Shown piece after piece: positions 29,165 through 36,680 of a DNA stretch of 64,000 nucleotides. The notes under the pieces were generated by a model. That model was not told the DNA's origin. It worked only from the letters and a program-made list of their open reading frames with translations, and made no database searches. The DNA comes from Candidatus Aenigmatarchaeota archaeon (GTDB taxonomy: Archaea; Aenigmatarchaeota; Aenigmatarchaeia; CG10238-14; SCSR01), in contig JAHLMT010000002.1 in the NCBI GenBank assembly GCA_018920185.1, forward strand, positions 91,051-155,050, in the 5' to 3' direction. The position numbers were made by a program, and so were the translations under genes. Within the stretch, counting starts at the first letter, position 1, and the number at the start of each line of letters is the position of its first letter.

Positions 29165-30016
29165 GTGAGTAAAATCGCGGCTGAGTTATTAGGATTGGTA
29201 AATATAGAAAGATTAACAATACCAACCATAGTAGTCGGTGCATTCATCGATTCTATAAATCCATGTGCTATTGGTGTGCTCATTTTCCTGATTGCTTACT
29301 TAATGAAAGTTTTCAAAAGTAGAAAAATGTTGCTGTTGGGAGGTGGATTGTACATAACTGCTGTTTATGTTACATATTTTCTTGCTGGTATCGGACTATT
29401 AACAGCGATACAAAATGTTACCATAGCTTATTACTTTTATTGGTTGGCGACTTTCATTGCATTTAGTGCAGCTGCATTTGAAATAAAAGATTTCTTTTGG
29501 TATGGGCGAGGATTTTCCTTACAGTTATTTCCTGGGGGTGCACAACGTTTAACGATATTAGCAAATAAACTGGAGAATATTTCTAAAAAAACACCACAGT
29601 TGGCTTTGTTAATGACTTTACCAATAGGGTTTGCCGCATCGGCATTTGAATTGCCATGTACAGGTCAGGTTTATCTGACGATATTGGCTTTAGTAAGAAG
29701 TGCAGCCGTGTCACAATGGCTTCCCTTGCTTCTGTTTTACAATTTCATCTTTGTGCTTCCATTGATTGTGATAACAGGGTTGATGTTTATAGGTATATCC
29801 AGCCACATTCTCGAAAAATGGAGAAAGAAAAACAGACGTTATATGAGACTTTTAGTAGGATTGTTTTTATATAGCTTAGGAGGATTACTCTTATGGTATA
29901 TATACAACGAATTTACATACGGAGCTTTCATACGACCGTTGACTTTCCTCTTGTATGCATCTCAAGTATCAATCATAGCTTATGTGATTTACAAAGGATT
30001 TTTCGAAAAAGATTAG
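29165..30016 (+). CDS. CcdA/DsbD-like transmembrane electron transporter
   Basis: DSINPCA and ELPCTG paired Cys motifs, LLFYN, 7-8 TMs. Confidence 0.85.
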   Translation: MSKIAAELLGLVNIERLTIPTIVVGAFIDSINPCAIGVLIFLIAYLMKVFKSRKMLLLGGGLYITAVYVTYFLAGIGLLTAIQNVTIAYYFYWLATFIAFSAAAFEIKDFFWYGRGFSLQLFPGGAQRLTILANKLENISKKTPQLALLMTLPIGFAASAFELPCTGQVYLTILALVRSAAVSQWLPLLLFYNFIFVLPLIVITGLMFIGISSHILEKWRKKNRRYMRLLVGLFLYSLGGLLLWYIYNEFTYGAFIRPLTFLLYASQVSIIAYVIYKGFFEKD

Positions 30017-30111
30017 CAGAATTTGCAGATTTTAGGCTCACCTTTCTGATGTTTCTTCAAATCTTTTTTCTCAACCATTTTCCCACATGAACCGCATTTG
30101 ATTTTAGGCAT
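30013..30111 (-). CDS. Putative 32-aa zinc-finger micro-protein
   Basis: MPKIKCGSCGKMVEKKDLKKHQKGEPKICKFC; TATA-like TTTATAAG about 21 nt upstream. Confidence 0.55.
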   Translation of the reverse strand: MPKIKCGSCGKMVEKKDLKKHQKGEPKICKFC

Positions 30112-30240
30112 AAAATAAATATACTTTTCTTAACTTATAAAATTAAAATTCGTCAATCTTAACTAGAAGATAAATCAAAAATTATTTTTTTAATTTTGTA
30201 CCATTAAAAATATTAATAAGAAAAACGATAAACTTTATAT

Positions 30241-30729
30241 ATGATTCTGAGAAAAGAACAAGTCTGGGTTCTTTTAAGATTGGGAATGGGATGGATTTTC
30301 CTGTGGGCGTTTTTTGACAAGTTATTTGGATTAAGTTTTGCTACCACACCAGATAAATCATGGCTTGCTGGAGGTTCACCAACTTATGGATTTCTGAAGT
30401 TTGCTACTTATGGACCACTCGCTTCATTCTACCATAGTTTGGCGGGAAGTGTTGTAGTCGACTGGTTGTTTATGCTCGGATTACTTGGCATAGGAACAGC
30501 ATTAATATTAGGAATTGTAACTCGGATTGCAAGTTATGCCGGTATAATAATGATGATTTTAATGTGGAGTGCTCTTTTACCGCCTAAAAATAATCCATTC
30601 CTGGATGAACATATCATCTACGCATTAGTTCTGTTGAGTTTATCAACAGTAAGAGCAGGTCAATGGTTTGGTCTCGGAAAATGGTGGAGTAAGACGAGAT
30701 TAGTTAAAAAATACCCAATCCTAGAGTAA
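30241..30729 (+). CDS. DoxX family membrane protein
   Basis: LRLGMGWIFLWAFFDKLFGL, GGSPT.GFL, NNPFLDEH, GLGKWW. Confidence 0.85.
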   Translation: MILRKEQVWVLLRLGMGWIFLWAFFDKLFGLSFATTPDKSWLAGGSPTYGFLKFATYGPLASFYHSLAGSVVVDWLFMLGLLGIGTALILGIVTRIASYAGIIMMILMWSALLPPKNNPFLDEHIIYALVLLSLSTVRAGQWFGLGKWWSKTRLVKKYPILE

Positions 30730-31245
30730 TTATTTCTTCTCAAGGGGACAATTTGTTAATTTACTTAACTTTTCTAAGCTCTGTACACCTGAATAACTTT
30801 TACCATCGATTATCCAGGTGGGATACCCACGAATATTGTTTTCCACACAAAGTTCAGGTTGTGCGTTCTTTCCTTTAGGATCACATTCAACATACTTCAC
30901 AAATTTTATAGATGGTCCAAACATTTTCTTTTGCTCTGCACAATGTGGACACCAATAAGCCCCATAAAATACAGCTCCTTTTTCTGTCAAGCATTGAGCA
31001 AATTCATCGTATAAGCCAGGTTCAACAAATCTACCAGTAATAGAAGTGAAAGCAAAGTAACCTATAACACCAATAACTAATAACGCAGAAACTACTCCAA
31101 TTATCGGCACTTTGGCTAATGTTCTTTTTCTTTCGACTGTTGTAATAATAACTTCTTTATGTATAACATTCTTGTGTTGCTTCAGCGCTTCATTAGTTTT
31201 GAATTTCCTGTTGCATATGTCACAAGAAACCTTTTCCATCATCAT
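30730..31245 (-). CDS. C2H2 zinc finger + TM + extracellular thioredoxin-like domain
   Basis: CDICNRKF...LKQHKNVIH; TM; FAQCL...YGAYWCPHC...YVEC...GYPTW. Confidence 0.85.
   Translation of the reverse strand: MMMEKVSCDICNRKFKTNEALKQHKNVIHKEVIITTVERKRTLAKVPIIGVVSALLVIGVIGYFAFTSITGRFVEPGLYDEFAQCLTEKGAVFYGAYWCPHCAEQKKMFGPSIKFVKYVECDPKGKNAQPELCVENNIRGYPTWIIDGKSYSGVQSLEKLSKLTNCPLEKK
31156..31239 (-). repeat. Direct repeat copy 1 (C2H2 finger coding segment; copy 2 at 42466-42549)
   Basis: 73-bp core 31167-31239 vs 42477-42549 differs at only 3 positions, all synonymous. Confidence 0.9.
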
Positions 31246-31289
31246 ATTTCTAGTGAGAAATATTTAAGAACTTTACGAAATTTGTCCAA

Positions 31290-31820
31290 TTATTGAAATA
31301 TCCTCGCATATATGTATCTTCTACCGATAATATTTGCTAAACTTGTTCTTCCATGACCGTCTATTAAAAATCCAGTTCTCTCACCTTGGTAGTTAAGAAG
31401 AAAAATCCATATGGATGGTATCTCAAACCCTCTTTCGACATAAGACTTTAATTCACTTTGAACATCTCCAAGATTTACTGGTGTAAAATCTTCATAATAA
31501 TAACAGCTTTCACCTTGATAACAAGTTCCTTTAATCAATCCCAAAGGCACTTTTTTGGGTGGTGGCAATCGTGTAAATCCACTATTGACCCCTTTGACAA
31601 TTGATTCGGCATGGTCTGCTAAGTCCATAGAAAGTATGTTATTCAATTTTCTCTCTCTGGCTCTTCCCTGTTTTAATAATACAATCTCCTCCAGTAATGA
31701 GAACAAAATCATATATTTATCCAGATCTTTAAGGGGGTTGTAAGTCTTTCTTAATTCGGCATTTAGTTGTTGAAATTCTTTTTGAAGTCTTCTGATCCTT
31801 TTTTCTATTTCTTCTACCAT
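31290..31820 (-). CDS. Hypothetical protein with coiled coil and C-terminal ParB/sulfiredoxin-like motif
   Basis: IPSIWI...FLIDGHGRTSLANIIGRRYIYARI. Confidence 0.55.
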   Translation of the reverse strand: MVEEIEKRIRRLQKEFQQLNAELRKTYNPLKDLDKYMILFSLLEEIVLLKQGRARERKLNNILSMDLADHAESIVKGVNSGFTRLPPPKKVPLGLIKGTCYQGESCYYYEDFTPVNLGDVQSELKSYVERGFEIPSIWIFLLNYQGERTGFLIDGHGRTSLANIIGRRYIYARIFQ

Positions 31821-31921
31821 TAGAAAATATTGTTAATTAACTTTTATGAAATTATCTTTTCTTGCCTTTCATTTATGTTTTGAAAACATAGTTCAATCTA
31901 CTCCTTTTCTGAATCTTGATT

Positions 31922-33007
31922 CTACACAGTTTTTATAATTTCCTTCTTTTTGCTTTTTAACTTCGTTAAATACTCAGAAGCCGCAATAAATGCTTTTGCA
32001 CCTTCACCAGCTGCAACTATCACTTGCTTTTCACTTATATCTGTACAATCGCCAGCAGCAAATATTCCAGAGACACTCGTGTGATTGTTTTTATCAATAA
32101 CTATTTCATCTCTGTCATTTAATTTCAACAAACCTTTGACAAAATCTGTGCTAGGTTTATACCCAACGTTAATAAAAACACCGTCTACACTTATCTTTCG
32201 CTCTTTGCCATCTTGAGAAATTCTAATACCTTTAACAATTTGATCACCAAAAATTTCTAATGTTTTAGTTTTGGTCAGAATCTCAACTTTCGGATGATTT
32301 CTAACAAAATCTGTTGAAGGTCCCAACTGTTTTATCTCATCTGCAATTTCAATTAGATACACCTTTGATGCTATGTTGACTAACTGAGAGGCAGCATCTA
32401 ACCCAGATCTACCACCGCCGATAACAGCAACAACTTTATCTTTGAATAATGGTGCATCACAATGTGCACAAAATGATACTCCTCTTCCTATGTAATCAAG
32501 TTCTCCTGGGATGTTCAAAGTTTTGTTAACTCTTCCAGTTGCAATTATCAAAGCTTTTGAGAAATATGTAGAAGAATCTGTCAGCACATTAAAGCCTTCT
32601 TTTCCAGCTTCAATTTTATTAACGGTTTCATATTTAACTTCTATGTCAAAACTTCTAAAATGTTCTTCAAATTTTTGTTCTAATTCAACACCTGTAATGT
32701 AGTGATAACCTAAGTAATTTTCTATTGGATATGTGTTGATTTTAGTCTGACCACCGATGTCTTTACTTATAACACAAAAATCTAACCTCTGCCTTGCAGC
32801 ATATATCCCAGCAGCTAATCCTGCAGGACCACAACCTATAATAATCAAATCATATTTATCTTTCACAGGCTTACTCGTTATTTCCTTCTTTTGTAATTTT
32901 GTCTGTTCTAAACTTCCTAATGTTTTCCAGTATCTAAAAGCGAATTTCATAAACTGGAAAAATAATTTAATTTTATACCCAAAAGTCTTTAACACCATAT
33001 AAAACAT
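31922..33007 (-). CDS. Thioredoxin reductase / AhpF-like flavoprotein with N-terminal extension
   Basis: GCGPAG, IENYLG, GVSFCAHCDA, GIFAAGD, KQVIVAAGEG. Confidence 0.88.
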   Translation of the reverse strand: MFYMVLKTFGYKIKLFFQFMKFAFRYWKTLGSLEQTKLQKKEITSKPVKDKYDLIIIGCGPAGLAAGIYAARQRLDFCVISKDIGGQTKINTYPIENYLGYHYITGVELEQKFEEHFRSFDIEVKYETVNKIEAGKEGFNVLTDSSTYFSKALIIATGRVNKTLNIPGELDYIGRGVSFCAHCDAPLFKDKVVAVIGGGRSGLDAASQLVNIASKVYLIEIADEIKQLGPSTDFVRNHPKVEILTKTKTLEIFGDQIVKGIRISQDGKERKISVDGVFINVGYKPSTDFVKGLLKLNDRDEIVIDKNNHTSVSGIFAAGDCTDISEKQVIVAAGEGAKAFIAASEYLTKLKSKKKEIIKTV

Positions 33008-33023
33008 CGTTATTTTTGCTCAA

Positions 33024-33393
33024 TTAATTAAACCAATCCTTTAATTTCTTTAGTACTCCTCGTAAATAAAGCCAACGGCATTTCTCAATTTGTCCATCTT
33101 CAACAAAATCTCAAAGAGGTTCACAACTATAGAACGCAATAAACTGTCTAAAATCCCCAAATAGCCCTCAAGCTAAAACTACACAGATTAAGTAAAACAA
33201 TCAAAGCTATAAATAAATCTATATCCCAACAATCGAGAGTAACTGAGTAGCAACTTGTATAGCACTAGTTAGTTATCTACTCTATCCAAGTGTTTTTACC
33301 TTGTAAAGCAAAAATGTCATGACCAGGAAATTCTCTGAAGATGGCTATCCTTAAAATCCATTCGATATTTTGGCATTATCTTTGTTTTACCAT
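33024..33393 (-). pseudogene. Heavily degraded DoxX-like membrane protein gene
   Basis: Fragments EWILRIAIFREFPGHDIFALQGKNTWIE*, DLFIALIVLL, AIWGF*T, EPL*DFVE, RWTN*EMPLAL, KDWFN. Confidence 0.65.
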
Positions 33394-33397
33394 TACA

Positions 33398-33907
33398 CTA
33401 TCTTCTCTTTTTAATTACAACTTTTCCTGTGAAAAGTAAAATTAAAACCACAAATAGTACAATAGCTAAAATCCAACCAATTGCAGAAAAAATTAGAAGT
33501 GCGTTGTAACTTGTGTAACAAGCTGGATAATAGTTGCCCATCATCCTCGTCATCATAGGTATCATATACTTACCCATCATTCCCTGAAAGACGGTTTCAC
33601 ATCCCAACCAATTTTTTCCCATTGTAATGTGCATTTGTCTTAGACTCTCAGAGCCTTCACCACCCATCATAACATCCATCTGTTCATGTAATTCTTTATT
33701 ACCTACCATTCTGTCCATTACAGCATCTCCCAATTCTTCAAATTCGTGTTCAGAAATTTTATTGCAATCTAAATCGCTCGCCCGGCTAACATTTTGATTC
33801 GATATCATATGATTCATTATATTATCAACAGATTCAATTTCCATGTGAGCATATACAAAATTGACTAAGAATAGAATACTCGCAAATGTAATTAATATCT
33901 TTTTCAT
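33398..33907 (-). CDS. Met/His-rich exported protein with C-terminal TM (candidate copper-binding)
   Basis: Signal peptide ending AHM; EELGDAVMDRM...HEQMDVMMGGEGSESLRQMHITMG..WLGC; MMG repeats. Confidence 0.75.
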   Translation of the reverse strand: MKKILITFASILFLVNFVYAHMEIESVDNIMNHMISNQNVSRASDLDCNKISEHEFEELGDAVMDRMVGNKELHEQMDVMMGGEGSESLRQMHITMGKNWLGCETVFQGMMGKYMIPMMTRMMGNYYPACYTSYNALLIFSAIGWILAIVLFVVLILLFTGKVVIKKRR

Positions 33908-33935
33908 ACAATCAACTTTTGTTTTTTTTAACTAA

Positions 33936-33980
33936 TTATTGATGGTGTTTGCACTTTCTACTTCCGCAACATTTTGGCAT
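33936..33980 (-). CDS. Putative 14-aa Cys/His micropeptide MPKCCGSRKCKHHQ
   Basis: AGGAGGT 6 nt before ATG; starts 3 nt after upstream stop. Confidence 0.45.
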   Translation of the reverse strand: MPKCCGSRKCKHHQ

Positions 33981-33983
33981 ATA

Positions 33984-34655
33984 CTAACCTCCTAAACATT
34001 CCTTATATCTATCAGGATGATGACTCATGTGTTCTCTCCAAGCTCCATCTGTATATCCTGGTGGTGTTGTACATTTATCATTTAATTCAGTTGCAATAAA
34101 TTTTCTATAACCAACATATTTCTTGTACCATTGATACACTAGGAACGAAAAAACTACAATTAACACTATAAGAACTACGCCAAAAGTAATCTGCAACAAT
34201 ACTTTTCTATCTATATTGAATTTTACTCTATTTTTCTTCGCAAGATTTATCATACTAATTATACCTACTATGTTTGAAACTATACCAACTGCAAGTAAAA
34301 CTGGTTGATACTGTAATAGAAATACACCAACAGCTGACACACCAAGAATAGGCATTACATCAGTTACATGATGAACACAGCATGCTACCATTGATGTCAT
34401 GGATATACCTCCACATGCACCAGTTGTGCCTGTAGACATTTTCATAAAATTTCTGATATAAATAAAAAGACCAACCTGAACTCCAAATCCAATTACAAGT
34501 GGAGTCATCAAGTACCAGAACTCTACGAATCTACCAATAGCATAATTCAATCCTTGAAACAAACTAACAATTATCAAGTACAGAAAAATAAGCGATAAGC
34601 TTGATAAAATACCGTAAATAATAGACTTTCTCCAAATCTTAGTTTTTCTAACCAT
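33984..34655 (-). CDS. Membrane protein with CCxHH motif and C-terminal Cys/His/Met module
   Basis: SMVACCVHH; KCTTPPGYTDGAWREHMSHHPDRYKECL. Confidence 0.75.
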   Translation of the reverse strand: MVRKTKIWRKSIIYGILSSLSLIFLYLIIVSLFQGLNYAIGRFVEFWYLMTPLVIGFGVQVGLFIYIRNFMKMSTGTTGACGGISMTSMVACCVHHVTDVMPILGVSAVGVFLLQYQPVLLAVGIVSNIVGIISMINLAKKNRVKFNIDRKVLLQITFGVVLIVLIVVFSFLVYQWYKKYVGYRKFIATELNDKCTTPPGYTDGAWREHMSHHPDRYKECLGG

Positions 34656-34719
34656 TCTTACAACACTCTATCATAGCTTTTGCTATCTTTTTAAGTATCT
34701 GTTTAAATCTGAATCTCAT
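34648..34719 (-). CDS. Putative 23-aa micropeptide MRFRFKQILKKIAKAMIECCKNG
   Basis: ATGA overlap with upstream stop and 8-nt overlap with downstream start. Confidence 0.45.
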   Translation of the reverse strand: MRFRFKQILKKIAKAMIECCKNG

Positions 34720-35060
34720 CTATAAACACCTGACAATATCAAATAAACAATCAAAACTCCAAAAAGAATTACCAACGGCTTTATTAAAAGTAAGTTCTTG
34801 TTTTCAGTAGTTTTAACTCTTCTTTCTAGAAAATACATAAATCCTACCACCGAACCTCCCATAAGAATCGCAACAATACTCTGGGGAATGGCATATCCGA
34901 TTAATTTCATCACCAACAAACCTGACCATGTTGAAACAATAGTTGCGCAAATTGCACAAATCTCGAATTTAAAAATTCTCTTTATCAAATTTCTTAGAAC
35001 TAGCCATGTGAAATAAATTCCTACCATTGTTAGCAACACATAATAAATTACATCAACCAT
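34716..35060 (-). CDS. Small membrane protein with CxxC
   Basis: ICAICA, LMGGSVVG, four hydrophobic segments. Confidence 0.7.
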   Translation of the reverse strand: MVDVIYYVLLTMVGIYFTWLVLRNLIKRIFKFEICAICATIVSTWSGLLVMKLIGYAIPQSIVAILMGGSVVGFMYFLERRVKTTENKNLLLIKPLVILFGVLIVYLILSGVYR

Positions 35061-35570
35061 TTACATCACCAAATATAAAACTAACGAACTCGTAATGAGC
35101 GATAGAATAAAAATAAAAATAGACTGATAAGGCAGAAAATTTCTGTTTCTATTAAATTTTCTAAGAATCTCATGAAGTTTGAATGACGCGAAAGATACTC
35201 CAATTCCAATTAATGTGCCAAATAGAATCCTATCAATACCAAATATCTTGAAAGGATTTGGAGGACCAATTAATTTAGCAAAATAAAATGTTACAATTGT
35301 GAGGATAAAGAATATAATCAATACTATGACAGGTTGAAATGGGATATACTCCTTTCCCTTATTGTGTCTTTTAACCATATTGTTTATCCACAATCCAGTT
35401 GCTACTACCATCCCTCCGACAAATACACCAACAATAGAATCGTCAACACCGTACCATCTAGTAAATGCTACTGCTGCACCAGTTGCCGCTGTACACAAAG
35501 GACAATGTGCTAATACAGTTGAAATTAAAAAAATAAAGGAAAAAAGAAACGAAATAAAATAAAATTTCAT
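35061..35570 (-). CDS. Membrane protein with N-terminal HCPLC motif
   Basis: Signal peptide ending VLA-HCPLCT; GVDD, PFQ/PYQ motifs; GAGGTGA RBS. Confidence 0.75.
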   Translation of the reverse strand: MKFYFISFLFSFIFLISTVLAHCPLCTAATGAAVAFTRWYGVDDSIVGVFVGGMVVATGLWINNMVKRHNKGKEYIPFQPVIVLIIFFILTIVTFYFAKLIGPPNPFKIFGIDRILFGTLIGIGVSFASFKLHEILRKFNRNRNFLPYQSIFIFILSLITSSLVLYLVM

Positions 35571-35590
35571 ACATCACCTCTTGCATAATT

Positions 35591-35677
35591 TCAGTAGCAA
35601 CCTTTTCCTCCCCTATTTTTCATCCTACAAAAGTTTTTGTGATCTAGCTTCATTCCACATTGTTCACATCTCGACAT
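35591..35677 (-). CDS. Putative 28-aa four-Cys micropeptide MSRCEQCGMKLDHKNFCRMKNRGGKGCY
   Basis: Fills the 35571-35690 gap; CxxCGM motif. Confidence 0.5.
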   Translation of the reverse strand: MSRCEQCGMKLDHKNFCRMKNRGGKGCY

Positions 35678-35690
35678 TCCTAATCCAAAT

Positions 35691-36128
35691 TTAACCATGG
35701 TGGCTCCTCATATTGCTAAAATCTTGTGTTCTTATCACCCTTGCAGTTCCGTCAGAATCAAGAATTTCTATTATCATTTTTTCTGGACCATACATATGTA
35801 TGCAAGGCTGTACAGCCATATTGTGACGATAACGAAAATTTAACACACCATATTCAGCTGTCTTTATACCACCATCACATTCGGTAATTGGTGAGCCCAC
35901 GCAATTTCTATCATACACACTTATGCCTTCTATTCTTCCTGGTTTGACTTTTACATTTGTTATCTTACCTTCGAACACATTAAGATCTGATGGAATATCG
36001 TAACTTGTATACCCAGTTTTAGGTGCATATAGTTTGTAACCAAAGACTGTCATTAACCCTAGTAATAGAGTTATGATTGCTATACTTAATACCCAACCGC
36101 TAACTTTTATTTTAATCAATTTTATCAA
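35691..36128 (-). CDS. Membrane-anchored exported protein with Cys/His/Met motifs
   Basis: TM; DRNCVG...TECDGG...YRHNMAVQPCIHM; C-terminal MRSHHG. Confidence 0.7.
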   Translation of the reverse strand: MIKLIKIKVSGWVLSIAIITLLLGLMTVFGYKLYAPKTGYTSYDIPSDLNVFEGKITNVKVKPGRIEGISVYDRNCVGSPITECDGGIKTAEYGVLNFRYRHNMAVQPCIHMYGPEKMIIEILDSDGTARVIRTQDFSNMRSHHG

Positions 36129-36164
36129 AAATTAACTCAAGGAAATATCTTATAAACATTAAAG

Positions 36165-36178
36165 TGAAACTAGTTTCA
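36165..36178. promoter_or_regulatory. Perfect palindrome TGAAACTAGTTTCA (site 1), 8 bp upstream of minus-strand TATA TTTATAAG (36149-36156)
   Basis: Read directly; identical copy at 36641. Confidence 0.7.
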
Positions 36179-36664
36179 TTCAGTTTTTAGCAGCACCAGA
36201 TTACTCATTCCGCGTCTTCTTCGCTCAACTAATCCTTTAGTTTCTAACCTGTCTAATATCCTGCTTACTTTTACTTTTGAGAATCCGCTTACATTAATCA
36301 AATCATTCTGAAATGCAGAACCGTCATTTTTAGTCAACTCGTTGAATATCTTCTTTTCATCCTCGGACAAATCTTTAATAATTTTATTTAACTTTGCTTT
36401 AGAAATTGTTTGTGTTCTCTCTCCTTTAGGTTGGTTAAGAGCCAGATAACTTCCTATACCAGCAGATACTATTAGAATACCAAATCCCGCATAAGCTTGC
36501 ACAGGTATATGATTGACTAAAGTACAAGATGGTGACCCACATAACGCATGTTCCATACGTGCATACCCAAGGGAAATGGTTAACAAAATGACAAACATTA
36601 TAATGGATATACCAATTATTGACATACCAAGATAGTTTGTTGAAACTAGTTTCATATACGACAA
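36176..36664 (-). CDS. Two-TM membrane-anchored winged-HTH regulator (probable start ATG 36655)
   Basis: Two TMs around loop MEHALCGSPSCTLVNH; C-terminal LSEDEKKI..L...G...QNDL...GFSKVKVSRILDRLE.KGLVERRRRGMSN. Confidence 0.85.
   Translation of the reverse strand: MSYMKLVSTNYLGMSIIGISIIMFVILLTISLGYARMEHALCGSPSCTLVNHIPVQAYAGFGILIVSAGIGSYLALNQPKGERTQTISKAKLNKIIKDLSEDEKKIFNELTKNDGSAFQNDLINVSGFSKVKVSRILDRLETKGLVERRRRGMSNLVLLKTE
36641..36654. promoter_or_regulatory. Perfect palindrome TGAAACTAGTTTCA (site 2) overlapping the regulator's probable start
   Basis: Identical to site 1; minus-strand TTAAATA box at about 36677-36683. Confidence 0.7.
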
Positions 36665-36680
36665 TTCAAATTTTGAGTAT

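Noticed and set aside
33024-33393. Stop-codon reassignment (TGA or TAG read as Trp)
   Set aside because: Both TAG and TGA occur along with frameshifts, and intact genes use TGG for Trp and end normally at TGA or TAG
35570-35593. Selenocysteine readthrough at the TGA ending the 28-aa micro-ORF
   Set aside because: No SECIS-like hairpin recognised and no Sec machinery in the window
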